56,090 bases of DNA from Ferruginibacter sp. Its GTDB lineage: Bacteria > Bacteroidota > Bacteroidia > Chitinophagales > Chitinophagaceae. Where the stretch lies: the NCBI GenBank assembly GCA_049314655.1, contig JBMOEQ010000001.1, forward strand, positions 1 to 56,090. Direction: 5' to 3'. The translations under genes and the position numbers were made by a program. Shown one piece after another: positions 39,086 through 47,755 of the stretch. The notes beneath the pieces were generated by a model that had not been told where the DNA came from, ran no database searches, and saw nothing but the letters and a program-made list of their open reading frames with translations. The first letter of the stretch is position 1, and the number at the start of each line of letters is the position of its first letter.

Positions 39086-40513
39086 ATGTTATCAAGAAAA
39101 AAATTTATACAGCAATCTGGCTTAGGACTTGGATACGTAATATTGCAATCACATTTTAGCGCTTTGAAATTAAACGGATTTATCTCTCAACGTCCCGAAC
39201 TATCTAAAAGAAAATTCACCTCAATTGCAGTAGAAAATAAAATAAAAAAAGTTAAGGCCGCCATAGCCGATGAAGAACTAGCGTGGATGTTTGAAAACTG
39301 TTTTCCCAATACACTAGATACTACTGTTACCCATTATACAAAAAACAACAAGCCTTATACCTATGTTATCACCGGCGATATAGATGCCATGTGGTTACGT
39401 GATTCTTCTGCACAAGTTTTTCCTTATTTAAGTTTGGCCAATGAAGATGAAGCCTTAAAAAATGTATTAAAAGGTGTTATCAATAAACAAATTGAATTTG
39501 TACAACTCGATCCCTATGCCAATGCTTTCTATGATGATTCGCAAAAGATAAGTGAATGGAAAAATGATATTACCATAATGAAACCCGGCGTGCATGAAAG
39601 AAAATGGGAAGTAGATTCTTTGTGTTATGTAATCAGGTTATCGTACCATTATTGGAAAACAACAGGCGATGCATCCATCTTTGATGAAGATTGGAAAAAT
39701 GCTATGCAATTAATTGTACAAACTTTTATAGCACAGCAGCGCAAAGAAAATAAAGGGCCGTATAAATTTCAACGCGAAAACGGCAATCCTTTAGATACGC
39801 AATTTGGAAACGGATACGGCAATCCTACACAAAAAATTGGATTAATTCATTCGATGTTTAGGCCATCAGATGATGCTACGTTTTATCCCTTCTTAATTTC
39901 ATCTAATATGTTTGCGATTGTTTCATTGAAACAGATTGTAGAAATATATTCAGCGAATTTTAAAGATGTACAATTCGAAAATACTTGTACCGTTTTAGCG
40001 CATGAAATAGATGCCGCTATTCAAAAATATGCTGTATTTCATCGCGAGGGTTTGGGCAAAATATATGCATTAGAAATAGATGGATTTGGCAATGCCTTAT
40101 TTATGGATGATGCCAATGTACCCAACTTACTCTCCATTCCTTATTTAGGCTATGGCACTTATCAAGATGCCTTGTATATAAAAACCAGAAAATTTTCACT
40201 CAGTGATGGCAACCCTTGGTTTAATGCAGGTAAATATGCAAAAGGAATTGGCGGCCCGCACGTTGGTGAAAATAAAATTTGGCCAATGGGTTTAATCATG
40301 CAGGCATTAACTACAGCAGATGAAAAGGAAATAACATACTGTTTACGTACCATAAAAGCTACCCATGCCGGAACCGGATTTATTCATGAATCTTTTGATG
40401 TAAACAATCCTAAAGATTTTTCGAGAAGTTGGTTTGCATGGGCCAATACTTTATTTGGCGAATTAATAGTGCATCTTTACGATCAAAAACCACACCTTTT
40501 AAAACAATTGTAA
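39086..40513 (+). CDS. Glycoside hydrolase family 125 (exo-alpha-1,6-mannosidase-like)
   Basis: FENCFPNTLDTT, ITGDIDAMWLRDS, ERKWEVDSL, FRPSDDA, MDDANVP, HESF, WFAWAN. Confidence 0.95.
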   Translation: MLSRKKFIQQSGLGLGYVILQSHFSALKLNGFISQRPELSKRKFTSIAVENKIKKVKAAIADEELAWMFENCFPNTLDTTVTHYTKNNKPYTYVITGDIDAMWLRDSSAQVFPYLSLANEDEALKNVLKGVINKQIEFVQLDPYANAFYDDSQKISEWKNDITIMKPGVHERKWEVDSLCYVIRLSYHYWKTTGDASIFDEDWKNAMQLIVQTFIAQQRKENKGPYKFQRENGNPLDTQFGNGYGNPTQKIGLIHSMFRPSDDATFYPFLISSNMFAIVSLKQIVEIYSANFKDVQFENTCTVLAHEIDAAIQKYAVFHREGLGKIYALEIDGFGNALFMDDANVPNLLSIPYLGYGTYQDALYIKTRKFSLSDGNPWFNAGKYAKGIGGPHVGENKIWPMGLIMQALTTADEKEITYCLRTIKATHAGTGFIHESFDVNNPKDFSRSWFAWANTLFGELIVHLYDQKPHLLKQL

Positions 40514-40539
40514 ATTAACCCTATAAAATTTGAATAAAG

Positions 40540-41319
40540 ATGAAAAATACAGCATTAATAACAGGAGCATCAAGTGGCATAGGATTAGCCTTAGCAGAAA
40601 TTCATGCAGCCAAAGGTGGCGATTTGGTTTTAGTAGCAAGAAACAAAACTAAACTAGATGCACTTAAAGCAGATTGGGAAAAAACGTATAAAGTAAATGT
40701 GTATACAATTGGTAAAGATCTTTCTGCCCCAGAATCGGCACAAGAAGTTTATGCCGAAACTACAAGAGAAAATATTGAAATTGATATTTTAATCAACAAT
40801 GCAGGCTTTGGTGACTTTGGCATGTTCGAAAAAACCGATTGGAATAAAGAATTGCAAATGATTAATTTGAATATCACCACACTTACTGCTTTTACCAAAT
40901 TATATCTTCAAGATATGATTAAACGTAAAGCCGGTAAAATAATGAATGTTGCCTCAACAGCGGCATTTCAACCCGGGCCAACAATGGCTGTGTATTGTGC
41001 AACCAAAGCTTATGTATTAAGTTTTTCGGAAGCCATTAGCAATGAAGTGAAAGATAAAGGCGTATCGGTGACTGTACTTTGTCCAGGTGCAACCGAAAGT
41101 GGCTTTCAAGCAGCGGCAGCAATGGAAGATAGCAAATTGGTGAAAGGCATAAAAATGCCCAGTTCTAAAGAAGTGGCCGAATATGGTTATGCGGCCATGA
41201 TGAAAGGTACTACCGTTGCCATCCATGGAATGATGAATTATATAATGGCCAATTCTGTACGATTTATTCCAAGAGCAATGGTGCTAAAAGTTTCTAGGAA
41301 AATTTTGGGTAAAGCTTAA
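40540..41319 (+). CDS. Short-chain dehydrogenase/reductase
   Basis: TGASSGIG, NNAG, YCATK (YxxxK). Confidence 0.95.
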   Translation: MKNTALITGASSGIGLALAEIHAAKGGDLVLVARNKTKLDALKADWEKTYKVNVYTIGKDLSAPESAQEVYAETTRENIEIDILINNAGFGDFGMFEKTDWNKELQMINLNITTLTAFTKLYLQDMIKRKAGKIMNVASTAAFQPGPTMAVYCATKAYVLSFSEAISNEVKDKGVSVTVLCPGATESGFQAAAAMEDSKLVKGIKMPSSKEVAEYGYAAMMKGTTVAIHGMMNYIMANSVRFIPRAMVLKVSRKILGKA

Positions 41320-41390
41320 TTTAAAATTTGAAAAGCATTGTTACTTTTCAAATTATTTTTAAAAATGTATTACATAATAACATCGCATAA

Positions 41391-41774
41391 ATGAACACAT
41401 CTAAAAAACCTTTGATGATATTAGTTGCAGGGCCATATCGTTCTGGCACAAACGATATACCAGAATTAATTGAAGCCAATGTAAAGGCTATGACAGATAC
41501 GGCTTTGGAAATATATCGAATGGGACATATGCCGGTTTTGGGCGAATGGTTTGCACTTCCACTGATAGAAGCGGCAGGTTCTAAAGAAGTTGGCGATGCC
41601 ATTTTCAATGAAATATTTCATCCTATAGCCGTTCAATTGATTGATCATTGTGATGCTGTATTAAGAATTGGCGGTGCTTCATCTGGTGCCGATGAAATGG
41701 TAAAAACCGGAGAAGCAAAAGGTAAAATTATTTTCCATAATAAGCATGCTATTCCATTCGTGGGTAAACAATAA
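41391..41774 (+). CDS. DUF4406-like / nucleoside deoxyribosyltransferase-fold protein
   Basis: ILVAGPYRSG, GH.PVLGEW, CDAVLRIGGASSGADEMV. Confidence 0.75.
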   Translation: MNTSKKPLMILVAGPYRSGTNDIPELIEANVKAMTDTALEIYRMGHMPVLGEWFALPLIEAAGSKEVGDAIFNEIFHPIAVQLIDHCDAVLRIGGASSGADEMVKTGEAKGKIIFHNKHAIPFVGKQ

Positions 41775-41792
41775 CTTCAATACAATTTTAAG

Positions 41793-42563
41793 TTGAATAT
41801 TTCATTTCAATGGATTGGCGGAGCAACATTTATTTTAAATGTTGGCGATTTAAAAATTGCCTGCGATCCTGTTTTATGTGAAAAGGGAACAGTGCAAGAT
41901 TATTTTTGGTTCAAATCAAAAAGATTAGAAGAACCGATATACGAAACCACCACTTTCAATAATATCGACCTTTGGCTTATTACCCACAATCATGAAGATC
42001 ATTTGGATACAATTGGATTATCTACAATTCATTCCAATTGTACTGTTGTGAGTAATGGCAATGCTTCTACAGTTTTAAAAAAGTCTGGCATTTCCGATTT
42101 AACCATTTTAGATTGGTACAACACCAAGCAATTTTCTATCAATGGATATACAATTAAAGTTGAAGCTATACCTGCAATCCATGGTGTAAATCCGGTGAGT
42201 GCGTTTTTTGCAGGAAAAGTAAACGGATATTATTTAACCATATCAAAAGGTGAAGAAATATTTAATTGTTATATAACCGGCGATACGGTTTATAAAAACA
42301 AAGTGATACAAGCATTGAAAGGCAAAGCAATAGATCTGCTGGTTGCCAATATGGGAGCCGCAAAAGCAGGCAGTTGGATAATGACTTTAACCTTAAATGC
42401 AAGCATGTTAAAAAAGATGATTCAAGTGCTTCAACCCAAAATGGTTATTCCTGTACATTACGGCACTTTTGAACATTATAAAGAACCAATCACAAAAATT
42501 GAAGCTATTAATGATGAGCGCATAAAATTTGTTAAACTAGGTTCAACCATTGTTTTGCATTAA
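41793..42563 (+). CDS. MBL-fold metallo-hydrolase (UlaG/Lactamase_B_2-like)
   Basis: ITHNHEDHLD (HxHxDH), PAIHG, YITGDT, IPVHYGTF; TTG start. Confidence 0.88.
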   Translation: MNISFQWIGGATFILNVGDLKIACDPVLCEKGTVQDYFWFKSKRLEEPIYETTTFNNIDLWLITHNHEDHLDTIGLSTIHSNCTVVSNGNASTVLKKSGISDLTILDWYNTKQFSINGYTIKVEAIPAIHGVNPVSAFFAGKVNGYYLTISKGEEIFNCYITGDTVYKNKVIQALKGKAIDLLVANMGAAKAGSWIMTLTLNASMLKKMIQVLQPKMVIPVHYGTFEHYKEPITKIEAINDERIKFVKLGSTIVLH

Positions 42564-42669
42564 ATTAAAAGCATTTTGGCTAAAGTGCACATGAAATTCA
42601 CACACACATCAACCAAAATACTCCGCTTAGTTTATTGATAAAAAAGTACCGCTTACCCAAAACATAGAT

Positions 42670-43615
42670 TTACAAATCGGTAAATTTCTCAAATAAAGTA
42701 TCCAAAGGACTAAATACTCTTTCTTTATCCAATTGGCAAATATGCAAATAAACTAAAGTTGTCTCTAAGCGGATATGCCCCAGCAATTCTTTCACTGAAA
42801 TAATATCCAAACCGTCTTCAATTAAGTGTGTAGCATAGGTATGCCGTAATGTATGAACATGCACATCTTTTAAAATTCCTACTTTTTTACATAAACTTTG
42901 AATTACCCATTGTATACCACGCTGACTATAACGGCTATCAAAATCACCTCCAAATTTTCGACTAGATTGTCCATTAAACAACCAATCTTTTGGCTTAGTC
43001 TTTTTAATAAATGTTTTTATGCCTCTTATTAAATGCTTTGATAGCGGTAAATACCTATCCATTTTCCCTTTTCCTAAAACAACATGTAATTGTTTTCTAT
43101 CAAAGTCTAGGTCTCTCAATCTTATATTTCTAACTTCTCCACAACGAAGTCCACACCCATACAATAAGCCAATCAAAATTCTATGTTTTAATAATTTTGC
43201 ACCTTTTAGCATACGCCAAACCTCTTCCTTACTTAATACTACCGGCAGTTTTTTTATTGTTTTAATTGGAGGCAGATTTAGAAAACTATACGGCAATCCC
43301 TCTGTTTTAAGTAAAAAACGCAATCCATAAATAGTGAACTTAAAAAACGTTTGAGAGGGTGTTTTTGAACGCTGTTGCAATTCAAATAGATAATCTTGTA
43401 TTTGTTCTGAATGAAGATTTAAGGGTAAACACTTAAAATGAAGCGCAAGGGCTGCAATATTTCTAGCATACAATTCATAGGTTCTTTCACATCTGCCCAA
43501 TAAACTTATATTACGCCGAAAACGTAAAATCATTAATTCAAATCCGGGAACTTCTCTACAGGCCCTAACAAGTACGTTATCTCGATGCGCTGTAATAGTT
43601 ATTTTTTTTTGTCAT
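42670..43615 (-). CDS. Tyrosine recombinase/integrase with N-terminal SAM-like domain; called ORF starts at 43533, probable true start 43615 across a frameshift
   Basis: Catalytic R (GLRCGE), K (GKGKMDR), HxxR (HTLRH), H (LLGH) and Y (LVYLH); KKLPVVLS.EEV; C-terminal FSPLDTL. The frame stays open upstream to 43611. Confidence 0.93.
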
Positions 43616-43848
43616 ACTAATAAAATTTAAGCTTCGAAGTAATTGCATTTTTATGATTTCAAAAAAAGAAAACATTCATTAAAAAAATGTTAGCAAATAA
43701 GCATGGCTAAGCGGTAAAGAAATGCTTTATTTTATATAGAATATACTTGAAGTATAACACCAATAAAGAAAGTAAATACAATTATACCTTAATATTCAAG
43801 AGAAGTGAAATGAATAAATATTTAGCCAATTCAAACATACTTTAACAT

Positions 43849-43878
43849 AAAAAAGGCCCAACCAAAATAGGTTAGGCC
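43849..43878 (-). terminator. Rho-independent terminator of the 1105-aa gene
   Basis: On the - strand: ggcctaacc-tatttt-ggttgggcc followed by T6. Confidence 0.75.
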
Positions 43879-43905
43879 AAATATGATTAATGAATGTGTA
43901 AAATA

Positions 43906-46900
43906 TTAACCGCCAATTTTACGCCAAGTAGTTCCATCCGAAATTACTTCCATAGTATTAGAACCAGAACCATTAGCTAAAGTATTGGCAGTAGATCCAT
44001 TAGCTACTGTAACAGCCGGACTAATATTCATACTAGTAGTACCATGATTGATAAGTTTATATACTCTTCCCGTACAACCACTTGCTGTTGGTAAAGTTAT
44101 GGTAGGCGTACCTCCACCGGTATTGATAACAATATAATCAGTTGCTGTTATGGTGTAACTTCCGGTACCAGAACGGTAACGCATGGTTATAGAACCATTA
44201 ACCGATAAAGATGAATTAGGTGTTGGTGTACCTATACCTACATATCCGGTATTTCCATCCAAACGCATCCTTTCAGTATTATTGGTTGCAAAGAACATAC
44301 TGGCAGTAGTGTTGGTTGCAAAATAGAAATTACCAGCATATGAAGAGGCACCACTATTTGCATAACCTACATTACCAACCTGAACGCCATTGTTATCCAA
44401 AAAATCGAATGAAGTATAACCATCGGCAGCAGTATTTCTAAACTGCATCAAGCCTCCAGTTGCTGCTAAATTATAAACAATTTCTAAAGGCTTTTGTGGC
44501 GTTCTGGTACCTAATCCCATTCTACCTAAACTATCAATCACCATTCGTTCTACATTATTTGTTCTAATACGCAAACTTCTTAAATCGGTTGTACCTAAAA
44601 ATTGATTGCCTGAGTTAATACCGGTATTTCCTGCGGTAGACCATCCTGCACTTCCTACTAAACTGCTTACTGATAATCTGCGTAATAAACCGGTTGCGTC
44701 TGCTGTTACTACAAAATCGGTAGTAGCCCCTGCACCTAAGGTAGAAGCCGTAATTGAACTTCCAAATGCGGCTGCACCCGCAACAGATACTGCTGCATTT
44801 AAAGCTGCCGAACCGGCAACAGTTAATGTACTATTTAAAGTAGTAGATCCACTTACTGTCATGCTTGTTGAAAAAGTTTTAGCACCTGCAATGGTTTGTG
44901 CACCTGTTGTAATTACTCCTCTATTGGTTGCAGAAGCGTCGGGTACATTTAATGTAATAACAGGAGTAGTTGTTCCGTTAGCTACGGAAGAATTTAAATC
45001 CGTTCCTGAAGTGCCTAAAGTTAAAGCCGACACTGAAGATACTGTGCCTGATGTACTACTTGCATTAGTCCAACTTAAAGTGCCAGTCCCATTGGTAGTT
45101 AATTGCTGGCCGTTTGAACCGTCTGCACTTGGCAAAGTGTAAGTTGTAGAACCTGCTGCTGCGGCGGGTGCAAAACCAACATAGCCGCTAGTTGCTCCAG
45201 ACAAACGAAGGGTTCCTTTAACATCTAAAGTTGAACCGGGCGTTGTTGTTCCAATACCCACATTACCACTTCCCAACATTGTCATTACTGTAGCGTTGGG
45301 TGTTCCTGTGCCGCCCAATCCTAAAACAAAATCCATTTGTGTATTTACATTTGATCCACCAGCAACTGCATCACCTATTTTCAAGTCAAAAGTTGGGTTA
45401 TATTTTAAATTAAAAGTGCCTGGCCTAATCAATCGCAGCGCTGTTTCAGGAGCAGTTGCAGCCGCATTTGAAGTGATTTGTGTTGGAGAAAAAATATTAG
45501 TAATGTTAGTTCCCAAACTGCCAGATGCTGTACCGGATTGTACCCCCAAACAAGTGCCACCATTGTTGTGAAAAGTGGTCAATGGCGAAATAGTGGCAAT
45601 GCCCACATTACCACTACTGGTGATACGCATTCTCTCCGTATTGTTTGTTTTGCTTACAAAGTCAACTGCATCGGTGGTACCAATAAAATGGGTGCCCGCA
45701 GTGGTGCCACTGTTGCCTGTTCTGCTCCATGCTACGGAATTGATGGCAGGAGTTAAGTTAAGTGCAGTAGCCGATACACCATTTACGGTTGTAGTAAGGT
45801 TTGCGCCCGACAAAGAGGTTGCATTGCTATTTATAATATTGACAGCAGTTCCTACAACACCATTGATGGTTGTAGTTAAGCTGTTAACACTAGAAGTATT
45901 GCTTACAGAAGTTGCCCCAGACAAAACGTTGGAGATGGTTCTTCTGTTAACTGCACCAGTAGCTGCATTGATGGTCAACACACTATCAGTAGCTGCACCG
46001 GTTGTTGTTCCGGTAAGTCTCACTGAGTTACTAGCTGTTAATGCGCCGCTTATAGTTGTTGCTCCTGTAAGCGTTTTATTTCCTGCCAAAGTTTGTGTAC
46101 CTGTAGTTACCACACCTCTCGCAGTTGCTGATGCATCTGGTACGTTGATGGTATGTAAAGTTCCGGTTGATGCAATATTAACATCAGTTCCAGTTGTTCC
46201 TACCCCGATGGTTTGAACCGATCCGGTTAGGCCGTTTAAGCTGGTAATGGCTGCTCCGCTTAAAACACTTGCTAATGTTCTTCTACGAGCTAATCCACCT
46301 GCAGTTAAAGTAAGCAAATCATCTCCTACTGCACCTGTAGCTAAAGCCGAAAAAGTAACAGATGCATTGCTCACAGCAAATGTACCTGAAACAGTTGTTG
46401 CTCCGGTTAAAGTTTTAGCACCTGCAATGCTTTGAGTTCCTGTTGTAATTAAACCTCTTGCTACAGTAGAAGCATCGGGTAAGTTTAAAGTATGTATGGT
46501 GCCGGAAGATGACCAAGTTGCATCATTACCGGTTGTACCTAATGCAAATGTTTGAGTTGATCCGGTTAAGCCATTTAAACTGGTAATAGTACTGCCACTT
46601 AATAAACTTGCCAATGTACGTTTACGCACTAAACCTGCACCGGAAATTGTCATTACCTCATCGCCTACTACACCAGCGCCTAAGCTTGTTAAATTGATAG
46701 ATGTATTACTTGCAGTAAATGTTCCCGAAACTGTTGAAGCACCAGTGAATGTTTTTGCGCCTGCAATTGTTTGTGTACCGGTAGATACTACACCTCTTGC
46801 AGTTGCTGATGCATCCGGTAAATTAAACGTATGTGTGGTACCGGTAGAATTTATTGCAAAATCATTACCGGTTGTTCCTGTTGCAAAGGTTTGGGTTGCG

Positions 46901-47223
46901 CCGGTAAGTGCATTCAATGAAGTAATACCGCCAGTACCGGTTGCCAACTGCACCCAATTGGGCGTACCAGATGTACCGATATTTACAAAAAATGCATTAG
47001 AGGTGGTATTATATACCATCAAGCCTTTAGCAGGTAAAGGAATTGCATTCATTTGCACGGTGGTTATTCGTGGTGCAAGAAACCCTTTGTTGGTGCTGCT
47101 TACATCAAGCATTGCACTGGTATCGGGCTGGTTACCGGTTTCATTTATCGCAATGTTTTGAGCTTTGATTTGAGTAACACTCATTAAAGCTAGTCCAATA
47201 AGAATAATGCGGACGAATTTCAT
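43906..47223 (-). CDS. Large secreted Thr/Gly/Ser-rich beta-strand repeat protein (fibre/adhesin-like)
   Basis: Signal peptide; [27 protein letters not shown] head; three 113-aa repeats; [17 protein letters not shown] units. Confidence 0.85.
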   Translation of the reverse strand: MKFVRIILIGLALMSVTQIKAQNIAINETGNQPDTSAMLDVSSTNKGFLAPRITTVQMNAIPLPAKGLMVYNTTSNAFFVNIGTSGTPNWVQLATGTGGITSLNALTGATQTFATGTTGNDFAINSTGTTHTFNLPDASATARGVVSTGTQTIAGAKTFTGASTVSGTFTASNTSINLTSLGAGVVGDEVMTISGAGLVRKRTLASLLSGSTITSLNGLTGSTQTFALGTTGNDATWSSSGTIHTLNLPDASTVARGLITTGTQSIAGAKTLTGATTVSGTFAVSNASVTFSALATGAVGDDLLTLTAGGLARRRTLASVLSGAAITSLNGLTGSVQTIGVGTTGTDVNIASTGTLHTINVPDASATARGVVTTGTQTLAGNKTLTGATTISGALTASNSVRLTGTTTGAATDSVLTINAATGAVNRRTISNVLSGATSVSNTSSVNSLTTTINGVVGTAVNIINSNATSLSGANLTTTVNGVSATALNLTPAINSVAWSRTGNSGTTAGTHFIGTTDAVDFVSKTNNTERMRITSSGNVGIATISPLTTFHNNGGTCLGVQSGTASGSLGTNITNIFSPTQITSNAAATAPETALRLIRPGTFNLKYNPTFDLKIGDAVAGGSNVNTQMDFVLGLGGTGTPNATVMTMLGSGNVGIGTTTPGSTLDVKGTLRLSGATSGYVGFAPAAAAGSTTYTLPSADGSNGQQLTTNGTGTLSWTNASSTSGTVSSVSALTLGTSGTDLNSSVANGTTTPVITLNVPDASATNRGVITTGAQTIAGAKTFSTSMTVSGSTTLNSTLTVAGSAALNAAVSVAGAAAFGSSITASTLGAGATTDFVVTADATGLLRRLSVSSLVGSAGWSTAGNTGINSGNQFLGTTDLRSLRIRTNNVERMVIDSLGRMGLGTRTPQKPLEIVYNLAATGGLMQFRNTAADGYTSFDFLDNNGVQVGNVGYANSGASSYAGNFYFATNTTASMFFATNNTERMRLDGNTGYVGIGTPTPNSSLSVNGSITMRYRSGTGSYTITATDYIVINTGGGTPTITLPTASGCTGRVYKLINHGTTSMNISPAVTVANGSTANTLANGSGSNTMEVISDGTTWRKIGG
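45910..46926 (-). repeat. Three tandem 339-bp (113-aa) intragenic repeats
   Basis: ITSLN starts at 46926, 46587 and 46248, exactly 339 bp apart. Confidence 0.85.
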
Positions 47224-47420
47224 AATCTTGTTTTTAATAGTTTGGATATTCGAATAGCCACCAATTATGAGAATTGGGCTCAGCTATAAACGAATATAGC
47301 ATAGCCCTTATTGTTTAAATTGATGAAAAATATGAATATCGATTATTGATTTTCAATTTGTTAATAAACATATTGCTCTTCCAATTCGGGCATTGGTTTC
47401 AATCAATACGTTGATGTACG

Positions 47421-47606
47421 TTAGTACAGCTTTGGAGTTGAAATTTTATCTATTGATTTACAGTTCGTTTGAACGGGTATTGTACATAAATAAGTGTTGG
47501 CAAATCTATTATCTTGATGCTGATTACGCTGCTGAAGTACCTTATCTAACAATTCTGCTAATCTGTTAAATAAAGACTGAAACAATGGGGTTAAAGTTGG
47601 TTGCAT
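47421..47606 (-). CDS. Small hypothetical protein (61 aa)
   Basis: ATG start, same strand as both neighbours, amphipathic N-terminal helix; it fills an otherwise empty gap. Confidence 0.4.
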   Translation of the reverse strand: MQPTLTPLFQSLFNRLAELLDKVLQQRNQHQDNRFANTYLCTIPVQTNCKSIDKISTPKLY

Positions 47607-47695
47607 TTTTCTTGGAGTTTGTATACTTTACTAACAAATATGTGCCAATTACATAAATTTATAAAAGTCAACTTGTTGCATCCATTACTATATAT

Positions 47696-47737
47696 AAAAC
47701 TGTCTGTATGGTGGAAGTTTTTCCAAAATACAGACAG
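47696..47737 (-). terminator. Probable intrinsic terminator after the T9SS gene
   Basis: ctgtctgtat (47700-47709) pairs with atacagacag (47728-47737), with an inner tggaa/ttcca pair; T4 follows on the - strand. Confidence 0.7.
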
Positions 47738-47755
47738 CTAATTCGAATGAATGAT

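Noticed and set aside
42564-43905. Canonical integron (intI-attI-Pc), IS91-type element or prophage at the integrase
   Set aside because: No IntI-specific signature, the geometry relative to the gene run is wrong, and I found no transposase, phage genes, flanking tRNA or att duplication.
45910-46926. Diversity-generating retroelement TR/VR pair
   Set aside because: The repeats are in-frame tandem protein repeats, differences are not adenine-specific, and there is no reverse transcriptase in the window.
44606-47161. Long + strand ORFs (44606, 45296, 45478, 45575, 46247, 46694)
   Set aside because: Antisense shadows of the Thr/Gly/Ala-rich 1105-aa gene, whose codon bias suppresses stops on the opposite strand.
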